From Chloroflexota bacterium (GTDB lineage: Bacteria; Chloroflexota; Limnocylindria; Limnocylindrales; CSP1-4): 64,000 bases of DNA. The stretch's first letter is position 1. Every line of letters starts with the position of its first letter. The position numbers and the translations under genes were made by a program. The notes beneath the pieces were generated by a model that was not told the origin of the DNA, ran no database searches, and saw only the letters and a program-made list of their open reading frames with translations. The stretch spans positions 481-64,480 of the forward strand of contig VBFZ01000026.1 of assembly GCA_005880805.1 (NCBI GenBank), in the 5' to 3' direction. Below, in pieces: positions 36,799 to 46,269 of this stretch.

Positions 36799-37628
36799 CC
36801 GCCACGGGACTGCGCACCCTTGCTCCGGCGGGCGGCGGCCTGCGTCAGACGCTGGCCGACAGCCTGATCGTGGCCTGGCGGAACCTGAAGCGCGTCCCGC
36901 GGATCCCGGAGCTGGCGATCTTCGCGATCCTCCAATCGATCATGTTCGTGCTGCTGTTCGCGTTCGTGTTCGGCGGGGCGATCCCTCTGCCGGGCGGCGG
37001 CAACTATCGCGAATACCTGATGCCGGGCATCTTCGCCCAGACGATCGTGTTCGCCTCGGCGACCACCGCGATCGGCGTGACCGAGGACCTGCACAAGGGG
37101 ATCCTCGACCGGTTCCGGTCACTGCCCATGGCGCGCGCCGCGTTCCTCGCCGGGCGAACGGTGTCGGACGTGGTCTACAACGCCGGGATCCTGGTCGTGC
37201 TCATGCTGTCCGGCCTGGTGGTCGGCTGGACGGTGCACACCGGCCTGGCGAACCTGCTCGCCGGCGTGGGGCTGCTGCTGATGTTCGTCTTCGCCATGTC
37301 GTGGATCGGCGTCTGGCTCGGCCTCGGCGTGCCGTCGGTCGAGGTGGCACAGCAGGTCGCGTTCACGGTCCTGTTCCCGATCACCTTCGTCTCGAACGTC
37401 TTCGTTCCCCCGCAGACGCTGCCGAGCTGGCTGCAGCCCGTCGCCGAATGGAATCCGACCAGCACGCTGACCGCCTCGCTCCGGGAGCTGTGGGGCAACC
37501 CGAACCCGTATGCCTCGACGGCCTTCCCGTCGCAGTACCCCGTCCTGGTGACCGTCGCCTGGTTCGTGGTGATCGTGGCGGTCTTTGCGCCACTGGCGGT
37601 CCGCCGCTATCGCTCGATGAGCCGCTGA
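36795..37628 (+). CDS. ABC-2-type exporter permease (DrrB-like)
   Basis: Six predicted TM segments; ATGA overlap with the ATPase; GGGGAGGA RBS. Confidence 0.8.
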   Translation: MTATGLRTLAPAGGGLRQTLADSLIVAWRNLKRVPRIPELAIFAILQSIMFVLLFAFVFGGAIPLPGGGNYREYLMPGIFAQTIVFASATTAIGVTEDLHKGILDRFRSLPMARAAFLAGRTVSDVVYNAGILVVLMLSGLVVGWTVHTGLANLLAGVGLLLMFVFAMSWIGVWLGLGVPSVEVAQQVAFTVLFPITFVSNVFVPPQTLPSWLQPVAEWNPTSTLTASLRELWGNPNPYASTAFPSQYPVLVTVAWFVVIVAVFAPLAVRRYRSMSR

Positions 37629-37678
37629 AGGCACCGATCGACTGGGTTGACATCTCCCGGCCTGGCCCGTGGCCCGCG

Positions 37679-38971
37679 TCAGTCCCGGGTCGCAAGCTCC
37701 GCTTCTGCCGCACTGGCCGTCTCGCCCGGTCCGACGTCCGTGATCGGATCCGACGGGGCGTGCTCCCGCCGCGCGAGGACGACGAATGGCAACGCGAGCG
37801 CCTGGATCGCCGCCGAGACCACGTATGACGGGCCGTAGCCGCTGACGTCGGCGACCCGGCCGAGGACCGGCTGGGCGACGACGCCTCCCGCCGAACCCAT
37901 GAGGTTGTCGAACGAGAGCACGGTCGCCCGCTGTTCGGACGGGATGACGCCGTTCACGAAGGCCTGCCGGAGCGGGGCCTCGACGGCAAACACGAACGCC
38001 CACCCCGCGAGGAGCAGGAGCGCGATCGGGAAGCTGCGCGTCAGGCCGAGGACCACCAGCAAGCCAACGTTGAGCGTCGTCCCGAGGATCAACGCGGTGG
38101 TCCGCCGGCCGAACAGCCGCCGGATGCGTGAGACCGCCAGCCCTCCGACGATCTGGACGCCTGCCACGATCGCGGCCGCGAGACCGGCGACGCCGTACGC
38201 CGTCCGGTCTCCGTACAGCTCCAGCAGGTACGGCTGCGACGCGTAGAAGACATAGATCCCCGTTCCGAAGCTGAACGGCGCGGCGAGCATCAGCCAGCGA
38301 ACCGGCGGATTGCGTAACCCGCCGTCGACGGCGCCGCGCACCACGTTGCGGACCGCCGTCACCGGACCGAGATCGCGCTGAGGTGTGAACCCGAGGTCGT
38401 GCATAAATCGAAAGGCGACGAGCAGCGTCACGCCGAGCATCGCTGCCCTGATCAGGTAGGGCACCCCGAGGTTGGTGGCCTGCGCCACGACGCCGCCGGC
38501 CACCGTCCCGAACAGCATCGCGGCGCCGCTGACGGTCTGCGCTCGGCCGAACACGTGCTCGAGATGGCCGGTGAAGCCGGTTGCCGTCAGTGCATCGACC
38601 AGCCAGGCCTCCGTGGCCCCGGAGAAGAACGTGAAGCCCAGGCCCAGGAGGATGGATGCGATCGCCCAGCCCCAGAGCGGCGCATGGACCTGCCACATGA
38701 GCAGGTAGAGAAGGGTGGACACGAGCAGCGTCGCGGCACCGAGCAGGTAGGAGAAGCGCCGGCCACGCGTGTCGGCCACGACGCCGGTCGGCACCTCGAA
38801 GACGACCTGGCCGACCGTGAAGAAGGCGTTGGCGGCGAAGGCCTCCGCGTTGTTCAGGCCTGCGTCGAGCAGGAAGATCGTGTTGATGCCCCAGATGAAG
38901 GACGACGCGAGCGTCGTCAGGAGCGTCAGTCCGAGGTACGTCCGCTCGACTCGCTCGGCAGGATCACTCAC
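37679..38971 (-). CDS. MFS transporter
   Basis: 12-TM-like hydrophobic profile, MFS motif GVVADTRGRR. Confidence 0.8.
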   Translation of the reverse strand: MSDPAERVERTYLGLTLLTTLASSFIWGINTIFLLDAGLNNAEAFAANAFFTVGQVVFEVPTGVVADTRGRRFSYLLGAATLLVSTLLYLLMWQVHAPLWGWAIASILLGLGFTFFSGATEAWLVDALTATGFTGHLEHVFGRAQTVSGAAMLFGTVAGGVVAQATNLGVPYLIRAAMLGVTLLVAFRFMHDLGFTPQRDLGPVTAVRNVVRGAVDGGLRNPPVRWLMLAAPFSFGTGIYVFYASQPYLLELYGDRTAYGVAGLAAAIVAGVQIVGGLAVSRIRRLFGRRTTALILGTTLNVGLLVVLGLTRSFPIALLLLAGWAFVFAVEAPLRQAFVNGVIPSEQRATVLSFDNLMGSAGGVVAQPVLGRVADVSGYGPSYVVSAAIQALALPFVVLARREHAPSDPITDVGPGETASAAEAELATRD

Positions 38972-38999
38972 GCGCCGGGCTGGTGCGGCCGGAGTGCCG

Positions 39000-39509
39000 T
39001 CACGCGGTCTTCAACAGATACGGAGTGAGCCTGACGGTCAGGTCGGGCTTGGGCATGGCACCGACGATGCGGTCGACCACCCGCCCGCTCTTCAGGACCA
39101 TCAGCGTGGGGATGCTCCGCGCGTCGAACTGCTGGGCGAGCATCGGGTTCTCGTCGACATTGACCTTCACGATCTTGAGACGGCCCGCGAAGTCGCGCGC
39201 GAGCTCCTCCAGGATCGGCGAGACGAACCGGCACGGCCCACACCACGGCGCCCACAGGTCGACGACGACCGCCACGGCGGCGTCCGCCTCAACAGGAAAC
39301 GTCTGGTCCGTCGCGTCGACGACCCACGGCAGCGGCTTGCCGCAGACGCTGCAGTGCGGCGCGCCACGATTGCTCGGCCGGATCCGGTTGCGCGCTCCGC
39401 AGTTGGCGCAGGTCAGAATCGATACCGGTCCGATGCTCGAGCTCGCGGATGGGGCGCCGGGTGTCTGCCCAGCGCTTTTCTCGTTCGAAGAGGTGCCTTC
39501 AGCTGTCAT
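39000..39509 (-). CDS. Thioredoxin with N-terminal zinc-finger extension (Trx2-type)
   Basis: CANCGARNRI...CSVCGKPL Zn-finger plus the WAPWCGPC active site. Confidence 0.85.
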   Translation of the reverse strand: MTAEGTSSNEKSAGQTPGAPSASSSIGPVSILTCANCGARNRIRPSNRGAPHCSVCGKPLPWVVDATDQTFPVEADAAVAVVVDLWAPWCGPCRFVSPILEELARDFAGRLKIVKVNVDENPMLAQQFDARSIPTLMVLKSGRVVDRIVGAMPKPDLTVRLTPYLLKTA

Positions 39510-39635
39510 CCGGCCTTGCCCGCTCCTTCAGCTGCAAGTGTGCCCGAAGGGCCGCGAACAGGTCTCTCTTCGGGCGCCAAGCCGCTGCCCTGAATTGAAA
39601 TCCCAGGCTCGGCCCTGGTTATGTGGCCGTGAGCC

Positions 39636-39665
39636 TGGATCCATAGCGTGGATCCATAGCGTGGA
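39636..39665. repeat. Tandem direct repeat TGGATCCATAGCG x2 (+TGGA) in the divergent trx/DUF3008 promoter region
   Basis: Read directly. Confidence 0.5.
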
Positions 39666-39688
39666 CCTGACATCCGAAAGGAGACGCC

Positions 39689-39826
39689 ATGCCGGCCAGG
39701 ACCGAGAGACAGCGCAAGTTCATGGGCGCCGAGCTGCAGCGCAAACGCGAAGGCAAGAAGACCAAGACGGGTATGAGCGAGAAAGAGCTCGAGAAGTTCG
39801 CGAGCAAGAGCAAGAAGAAGAGCTGA
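39689..39826 (+). CDS. DUF3008-like small basic protein, 45 aa (MPARTERQRKFMGAELQRKREGKKTKTGMSEKELEKFASKSKKKS)
   Basis: AAAGGAGACGCC-ATG RBS; lysine-rich small protein family recognised from actinobacteria; below the ORF-track cut-off. Confidence 0.55.
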   Translation: MPARTERQRKFMGAELQRKREGKKTKTGMSEKELEKFASKSKKKS

Positions 39827-39897
39827 TCGGGCTCTGGCAAGTCTCACACTGACCGCGCTCGGCTGACCGCGCTCGGCTGACCGGGCTAGCCCCGACC

Positions 39898-40632
39898 TCA
39901 GCCCACCGCGAAGGTGGGAGCTGGTGCCTCCCCTTGAGTCAACGACCGGAACTCCGTCTCGCACAGGGCCTTGAAGTTGGCATGGGCGTAGTCCGCGTCA
40001 CGCTGCACCGCTCGCTCGACGAACAGGCGATCCACCAGGCGACCGAGGATGAGCGTCGGCACGTCATAGTCGCCGTCCACGTCGATTCTCGTCTCAGCTG
40101 GCCCCAGGGCCGTGAACGTCGTCGCGTACCACAGCCGGATCCCGCCCCCCTGCGCCTCCACGCGCAAATAGGTTGGCCGCTCGGCATCGACCACCCTGAA
40201 CCGACCTTTCACATGGATTCCCAGGACCTTGTAGCGGGCCAGGTACTCGTTCCCGGCCAGCTCCGAACGTGACTCGAGTGGCGTCACGCTGATCGCGGTT
40301 TGCCACTCGGGGATGCGCGCGGCTTCCACATACAGGTCGAACACCTGCTCGATCGGGGCCGAGATCAGCACGGTCGCGGCGAGCCTCGAGCGATAGCCGT
40401 GCCGTGTCACGTACCACACGGGCTGCGCCTCGACGCCGAGCTCGGCGAGCGGATCACGCGGTCGAACGACGGCCGTCGGGAATCGACGACGAAGCCGGCG
40501 TTCGAGCGTCTCGCGAGCGTCGTCGGTATCGCCGCGGTCGCTCAGTGCCGCGAGGAGCTCCGAGGCGTGCTCGCTGAATTCCGCGTCTGCGGACGGAATA
40601 CAAACCAGGCGAGGTTGACGGTCCAACTCCAC
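39898..40632 (-). CDS. SRPBCC-family protein (polyketide-cyclase/Bet v1-like) with N-terminal extension
   Basis: The C-terminal ~150 aa are SRPBCC-like; function unknown. Confidence 0.5.
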   Translation of the reverse strand: MELDRQPRLVCIPSADAEFSEHASELLAALSDRGDTDDARETLERRLRRRFPTAVVRPRDPLAELGVEAQPVWYVTRHGYRSRLAATVLISAPIEQVFDLYVEAARIPEWQTAISVTPLESRSELAGNEYLARYKVLGIHVKGRFRVVDAERPTYLRVEAQGGGIRLWYATTFTALGPAETRIDVDGDYDVPTLILGRLVDRLFVERAVQRDADYAHANFKALCETEFRSLTQGEAPAPTFAVG

Positions 40633-40719
40633 CCCTCGTGGATCAGCCGTCGGATTCTACGGCGGATGGCGGTGAGCCGGCGATAGGAGCTTCTGGCTAA
40701 CCGGAAGTCAACGGTTTTG

Positions 40720-41454
40720 CTATCGCCCTGCCCACACCCCCACCGGGGTGAAGGTCATCGGGACGTCCACCAGGATGAGCTCGCTGGCTTCGTCGGCCCT
40801 GATCCTGATCCCCTCTTCCTCGGTTACCTTGGCGGCATCCCCGGTGCTCAGCTGCTCACTTCCGAGCGACGCGCGGCCGTTGATCACGTACACGTACGCA
40901 CCGCGATCCGGGCCGAGGGAATGACTCACCTCGACGCCGCGGTCCAGCGATGCCACGAATACGCTCGCGTTCTGGTGGACCTTGACGACCGGCCCACCTT
41001 CCGGCCCAATCACCTTGAGCAGCCCGTTCGCGCGATCCTCCCGAGGGAAGACGCGCTGCTCGACACCTGGCGGCAGGCCGGGCGCGTCGGGCAGGATCCA
41101 GATCTGGATGAAGCGCATCGGCTCCGTCTCCGAGGCGTTCTGCTCCGAATGCCACGCGCCCGACCCGAGCGTCATGCGCTGGACCGATCCGGCGGGAAGC
41201 GGCCCCGGGGCCCCGCCGACGTTGTCCTCGTGGCGGAACAGGCCCTCGACGACGTAGGTCAGGCCCTCGACGTCCCGGTGCGGATGCAGCGGCCAGACGG
41301 CACCGGGGATCAGCCGGTCGTCGTTGAATACTCGCATCGCCCCGAAGCTGTCGTTTTCCGGGTCTCGGTAGGTGTCGAACGAGAAGTGCCACCGAGCCCT
41401 GAACCAGTCGCCTTTGACGTCGTAGATCTCGGCATCGCGGCGGATCGTGATCAT
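40720..41454 (-). CDS. Pirin-family (bicupin) protein
   Basis: MITIRRDAEI...WPLHPHRDVEGLTYVVEG...; ATG 41454 with GGAGG RBS; Arg-rich upstream extension rejected. Confidence 0.85.
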   Translation of the reverse strand: MITIRRDAEIYDVKGDWFRARWHFSFDTYRDPENDSFGAMRVFNDDRLIPGAVWPLHPHRDVEGLTYVVEGLFRHEDNVGGAPGPLPAGSVQRMTLGSGAWHSEQNASETEPMRFIQIWILPDAPGLPPGVEQRVFPREDRANGLLKVIGPEGGPVVKVHQNASVFVASLDRGVEVSHSLGPDRGAYVYVINGRASLGSEQLSTGDAAKVTEEEGIRIRADEASELILVDVPMTFTPVGVWAGR

Positions 41455-41578
41455 GCCATCAGCCCTCCGGGCGCCATACCGCCTACCGTACCGCCTCTCG
41501 CGGAAAACGCGATGGCGGCGCTTCTTGCGCCGCCATCGCAACCCCCTGTCCCGGAACATGGATCCGGCGTGGGCCGGA

Positions 41579-41842
41579 CTACATGTTCGGGCAGTTGGCG
41601 TGCTGACTCGGTGCTGTCGAGCCGCCCGACCCGTTCGATGCGCCACTCGAGGCGCTCGGCGCGGCCGACGCCGACGGATCGGGACTCGCCGCGCTGACCA
41701 GCGCTGCGCCGCCCGCGGCCATGAGGCCGAGTGCGAGCAGGAAGGTCGCGACGAGCTTCTTAGGTCCCGACAGGACCTGGTCATTCCGGCGGGGCTCCGC
41801 CGGAGCATCCGCCTCCGGATGCTCGATTGGTTCCATAGACAT
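41579..41842 (-). CDS. Small single-TM membrane protein with Ser/Ala-rich tail
   Basis: M(S)MEPIEHPE...LVATFLLALGLMAAGGAALV...; two candidate ATGs (41842/41836) after AAAGGG. Confidence 0.4.
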   Translation of the reverse strand: MSMEPIEHPEADAPAEPRRNDQVLSGPKKLVATFLLALGLMAAGGAALVSAASPDPSASAAPSASSGASNGSGGSTAPSQHANCPNM

Positions 41843-41991
41843 CCCTTTCGTGTGATGGCGTTTCCCGTTGCTGACTGACGGTTTCAGCACATAGGCGCGG
41901 CTCCCGATTGGGGTTGGACGAGAGCCCGAGCGTTCCGCCGCCTCACTCATGTCACGCAGTGTGTCCCCGGGAGCCTGTCGGTTCGGTTACG

Positions 41992-43080
41992 TCAGGCGGC
42001 GCCGATCCGGTACACGGTCCCGCTCGTCCAGTCGCCGACGTACAGCGCTCCGTCCGGGCCGAGCGCCACCGCCACCGGGTTCTGGAGCCGGGCGAGAAAC
42101 GTGCTTGCTGCCGTGCTGGCATACCCGGAACTGCCCTTCTCGAGCGGCACCCGCAGCACCTTGCCTGTCGCCCACTCGGCGATAACGGCTGCGTTGCCGA
42201 CCGACGAGCCGAGCTGCCCGGTCACGATCGCAACGCCACTGACCGCGGCATGCTTATCGAGCACCGCGACCGGCGATGGAGCGCCGTCGCACGCGCTGCC
42301 GCCCTGCCCGTAGCAGTCGGGAAATTGCCAGTCCTGGCCTGGTCCGACGACCGCGAGCCAGTCCCCCGGAGTGGCGTCTCCGAGGTCGTCGCGCTGGTTC
42401 ATCGTCACGAACAGGTCGCTCGCCCCCGGATACCACGCCAGCCCGACGGGGGCCCGGATGCCGGTCGCGTCCACCCGCAGGTCACCGCCGTCCGGCCGGA
42501 ATGACACGACGCTCGCCGACCAGGGCGAGCTCCCGACAGCGTTGTTCGACGCAGCTGAGATCCCCATCCAGATCCGGCCGTCCGGCGCGAGCGCGATCCC
42601 GTTCACCTCGCCGGTCGCGGATGGCAGCGCGACGACCGTGCGTCGCCCGGCGAACGCGCTCCCATCGAAGCCGGAGTAGGCAACGACGCCGCCCTTCGAG
42701 CTCACGTACAGCGACCCGTCGAGCCAGAGCAGGCCGAGCGGGGTGTGAAGGCCGCCCATCACCTTGACCGGCTTCGCACCGGCCGATGCGACGAGGTAGA
42801 CGCCGTCGACTCCGCTGTCGCCGTATTCGGCAGTCGCCACCCACAGCCGGCCGGTCGAATCGAACGCGAACGCGGCCGCGTGCTGCAGCCCGATCGCGTA
42901 CACCGTCGCTGTGAGCCCTGACGGTCCCTCGAGCCCGTTGCCAATCGCGACGAGCGAGCCCTGGCCGGTCGAGGCCGGCGACGACAGCGTGGCCGCGGAA
43001 CTGTGAGCGGCCGCCGAACCCCCGCAGCTCGCGACGAAGGGCGCGACGACAAGGATCGCTGCGAGCCGCCCTCGGATCAC
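41992..43080 (-). CDS. Secreted beta-propeller lipoprotein (NHL/SGL or soluble quinoprotein dehydrogenase-like)
   Basis: Signal peptide + lipobox VAPFVASCGG; repeated G-x-x-x-D-G-x-L-Y/W-V blades. Confidence 0.6.
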   Translation of the reverse strand: MIRGRLAAILVVAPFVASCGGSAAAHSSAATLSSPASTGQGSLVAIGNGLEGPSGLTATVYAIGLQHAAAFAFDSTGRLWVATAEYGDSGVDGVYLVASAGAKPVKVMGGLHTPLGLLWLDGSLYVSSKGGVVAYSGFDGSAFAGRRTVVALPSATGEVNGIALAPDGRIWMGISAASNNAVGSSPWSASVVSFRPDGGDLRVDATGIRAPVGLAWYPGASDLFVTMNQRDDLGDATPGDWLAVVGPGQDWQFPDCYGQGGSACDGAPSPVAVLDKHAAVSGVAIVTGQLGSSVGNAAVIAEWATGKVLRVPLEKGSSGYASTAASTFLARLQNPVAVALGPDGALYVGDWTSGTVYRIGAA

Positions 43081-43085
43081 GTCCG

Positions 43086-43850
43086 CTAGCTCTTCGTGAA
43101 GAAGAGCTGCAGCTCCATCGTGCCCTGGTCGGCGATCGACAGGACGATGAATGAGTTGGGCTTCTGGATGCCGTAGTCCGCGAAAACGATCGGAAGCGAG
43201 CCGGTCACCTCGATCACCGAACCAGTGAGACGTGCCGTGAGCGGGATCTGGACTTCCTTCGTCACGCCGTGGAGTGTGAGATTGCCGGTTGCGGTCACCT
43301 CGACCGTCTGGCCGTCGGCCGGCACGGAGGTGACCTCGACGGGCGACGTGAGCGTGAACGTGGCGGTCGGGTACGTGCCTGTCTCGATGCCCTGCCGCCG
43401 GAGCTGTCCGTCGCGCCGCGAGTCATCGCTCTGGAGCGTCGCGAGATCCGCCGTGATCGTTGCAGTTGTCAGCTTCGTCCCGGAGATCGTCAAGGTTCCG
43501 CTCACGTTCGGAGTGCGGCCGACGGCGACGTTTCCGCCGATTGTCGCCAGCTGCTCCTGCACGCGGTAGCCGACGAACGAGCTCGTGTTGTCCGCGAACG
43601 ACCCGATCGACGTGTCCACCTTCCAGGTCCCGTCGACGCCGCCTGCCAACGGCTGCTGTGCGGCAGCCCCCGAGGGAACCGGCGCCAGCGACGCCTGCGC
43701 GACCGACGCCGGCGCCGCAGGACGAAGGAACAGGTACCAGAAACCGTATCCGCCACCCGCGACGGCCGCGGCCAGCGCGACAGCCACCGCGCCGATCAGC
43801 CAGCTCCTGCGGCGCGACAGCCCGACCGTCGCGCTCGCTCGTTCAGTCAT
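43086..43850 (-). CDS. YceI-family periplasmic protein with N-terminal membrane anchor
   Basis: YceI motifs (GTYPTATFTLTS, LTLHGVTKEVQIPL). Confidence 0.8.
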   Translation of the reverse strand: MTERASATVGLSRRRSWLIGAVAVALAAAVAGGGYGFWYLFLRPAAPASVAQASLAPVPSGAAAQQPLAGGVDGTWKVDTSIGSFADNTSSFVGYRVQEQLATIGGNVAVGRTPNVSGTLTISGTKLTTATITADLATLQSDDSRRDGQLRRQGIETGTYPTATFTLTSPVEVTSVPADGQTVEVTATGNLTLHGVTKEVQIPLTARLTGSVIEVTGSLPIVFADYGIQKPNSFIVLSIADQGTMELQLFFTKS

Positions 43851-44037
43851 CCTTCAGCCTCCGGCCGTCCTGCACTCAGAAGAGCGACAGGGCGCCTGCC
43901 GCGCCACGATGCTCGCAAGGAGACCTGTCGGAAGGGTTACGCGGCGCGCAAGCCGAGACCCCGCCGGACTCGTCGTCCCGCGGGGTCTCCGTTCGGTGGC
44001 TGGAAATTCGGGCTCAGCCCTGGCCGGTCCTTCGGGC

Positions 44038-44325
44038 TCAGCCCTGGTCGGTCGTTCCGGCTCCCGTGCCGCTCGATACCGTGTCCGCCGGCGGCTTGTC
44101 CCAGCCCTGGCTGCCGATGTCGCTCTTGGCAACCGAGAGCTCGACTCGGTGCTCCTCGATGTCGTCGACGGCGGACGCCGGGATGTAGTAGTCCTTCGAG
44201 AAGATGCCGCCCGTCTTGACGTGGACGGAGTTCGACTCGATCGAGACGACGTCACCCACCTTCTCGCCCTGGGAGTCCCAGACTTCCCAGCCGGGCTGGA
44301 TCCCGTGGATATCGGGCATGTTCAT
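44038..44325 (-). CDS. DUF2171-like small protein (95 aa)
   Basis: MNMPDIHGIQPGWEVWDSQGEKVGDVVSIE...; GGGAGG RBS. The remainder of the listed 439-aa ORF is a read-through. Confidence 0.5.
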   Translation of the reverse strand: MNMPDIHGIQPGWEVWDSQGEKVGDVVSIESNSVHVKTGGIFSKDYYIPASAVDDIEEHRVELSVAKSDIGSQGWDKPPADTVSSGTGAGTTDQG

Positions 44326-44410
44326 GAACAACCTCCCTGTGCCTCTGTCGGTTTCCCATGCGCGGACAGGCGGCTGCGACAGCGCTGTCTCCACTGGCCT
44401 CTCAGATGCG

Positions 44411-45147
44411 TTACATCGCCCTTGCGTCGTGCTCGTCGAGGCATTCGAAGACTCCGCGAAAGAGGTCGATCCCGTCGCGCCGTGCGAGACGGAAATGAAA
44501 CACGTCGGGTGCAGTCCGCCAGGCCAGTGCCACCAGCTCGTCGCCGGGCTCGGCGGGCAGCAGGTACTCCAGCCGGTACGCCCGCGGGATCGACGCCAGG
44601 GCGGGCAACCCGCCGTCGATACCGGATAGCCCCTCCTCGAGGTGATCCAGGTAGATCGCGTTGTTGACGTGGCCCAGACCTCCGGGGCGAGCCGCGTCGG
44701 GTTGAACGAAGGCGCTGGATGCGTGACGAACGCGCCGAACTCGCTCGGAACGCGGACGGGCGCCCCGCGTCGGTCCGTGATCACCCAGTCGGTGTGGGCC
44801 CAGGCGGCCAATTCCCCGGCAGGCGTCCGGAACTCGGTCCGGCGGCGTGCCCAGACTTTCCGATACCCAACCACCTCGGTGCTGACCGCGAGCTCACGCC
44901 CGGGCGGCACGGCCTGGAGGACCCGGAGCTCGACGCCACGAACGAGCCACGCGAGCCCTCGTTCGGCGTACCACGCCCGTGTGAATCCCAGCCGTTCGGA
45001 GTGAACCCACGCGACGTCCTGCGCCCAGCGCAGCAGGGTGGAGGTTCGTACCAGGCCGTCCGGGTTGGCCTCGTCGAAGCGGACGCGGTACGGGAGGCTC
45101 TCTCTTGTTTGGGCGACAGATCCCGGCTCGGTCTGTGTCTCGGCCAC
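44411..45147 (-). pseudogene. Acyl-ACP-thioesterase-like (double hot-dog) gene interrupted by a frameshift near 44700-44715
   Basis: The N-terminal hot-dog (LPYRVRFDEANPDG...WVITDRRGAPVRVPSEFGAFV) is in one frame. The C-terminal hot-dog (DAARPGGLGHVNNAIYLDHLEEGL...VFHFRLARRDGIDLF) continues in a second frame with no intervening start codon. Confidence 0.5.
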
Positions 45148-45200
45148 GCGCGCAGCGTACGCGTTGTCGGCCGCTCGTCCGCCCGGCGGGCGATCGCGCC

Positions 45201-45500
45201 TCAGGGATGGCTGAGGTGCCCGCTCCGCTTGGTGGCGACCCGCCCAGCTCGCCGCAGACCGCCGAATCGTCCGCGGTTCGACGCTTCGTCGGGCTGGAGC
45301 GCCCGCTGTCCGCGTTCGTGCAGCGCGATGAGGCGGTCCCGCTGGCCCTCGTTCCACGCCGTCGAGTAGGCCTGCGTCGCTCCCCGGCGAATCTCCGCGG
45401 CGACCTCGCGCCGGCCGCGGCGCTCGAGCAGGTCGACCGTATCGAGGACGGCCCGGTAGAGCGCCGGCAGGTCCTTGTCGGGAGCGAACTGGGACTCCAT
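45201..45500 (-). CDS. Hypothetical protein (99 aa)
   Basis: MESQFAPDKDLPALYRAVLDTVDLLERRGRREVAAEIRR...; no SD sequence; weak call. Confidence 0.3.
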   Translation of the reverse strand: MESQFAPDKDLPALYRAVLDTVDLLERRGRREVAAEIRRGATQAYSTAWNEGQRDRLIALHERGQRALQPDEASNRGRFGGLRRAGRVATKRSGHLSHP

Positions 45501-45582
45501 CACGTTGACTGTGCGCCCCGCCGAGCGTCGTGGCGATAGTCGTCTCGTACGATCGGCTAGGTCCGATATGGCCACCCGGTGC

Positions 45583-46269
45583 TCAGACGGGCACGGACAC
45601 CGGCCTCGGGGACGGGCGGATCGCGCGACAATCGTGGCGTGACCTGCGTTGGATGCGGGCGCGAGGCGAGGCCGCGGCGACCTCCCTGACCACGGTCCGG
45701 AAGGCGATTCGCCGCCAGTCGGCCTGCCGCTCGACGCTGCCGATATCGGCGACCGGCGTGTAGTCGAGCGTCGTCGCACCGTCGGGCGCCTCGAGCCGAT
45801 GACCGGGAGGCCCGCCCGGGACGTAGTAGACGTCACCCGCGGACAGAAGCTCGAGATCGTTCTCCCAGTGGATCCCCACGTTTCCCGAGAGGACGACCCC
45901 CCAGTGGGGGAGGTCACACCAGTCGCTGGCGTAGCCGCTCGAGCTCCCGAAGATCGTTCGCGAACACACCCAGGCTCCCATGACGGCCAGCTCGACGGCG
46001 ACGTCGCCGGGCGAGCTGGTGTAGTGCTTTGCGCCACCCAGGCGAATCATGGAGGGGAGCGAGGGAGGGGCGGGTGGCCGGCGGACAATCTCGAAGCCCT
46101 GCCCGCGGAGCGAGTCCTCGGTGACGTCGAGATCGGGCGGCACGGGCACGAACCCCGCGATGGCGCTCGGACCGTCGCCCCGGAAGCGATGCGCCGGCTT
46201 GCCCGGCCGGACGTAGAAGGCGGTTCCTGCCTGGAAGGACTCGCTTCTCCGACCCGCCGCCAGCGACAC
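45583..46269 (-). CDS. Cupin-domain protein (bicupin-like); N terminus unresolved
   Basis: Cupin motifs (GDVYYVPGGPPGHRLEAPDG). The in-frame upstream 79 codons also look cupin-like but contain no ATG/GTG/TTG. Confidence 0.55.
   Translation of the reverse strand: MSLAAGRRSESFQAGTAFYVRPGKPAHRFRGDGPSAIAGFVPVPPDLDVTEDSLRGQGFEIVRRPPAPPSLPSMIRLGGAKHYTSSPGDVAVELAVMGAWVCSRTIFGSSSGYASDWCDLPHWGVVLSGNVGIHWENDLELLSAGDVYYVPGGPPGHRLEAPDGATTLDYTPVADIGSVERQADWRRIAFRTVVREVAAASPRARIQRRSRHDCRAIRPSPRPVSVPV

Noticed and set aside
40720-41808. 362-aa ORF for the pirin gene
   Set aside because: The first 118 aa are an Arg-rich extension. The pirin homology begins at MITIRRD (ATG 41454) with a GGAGG RBS.
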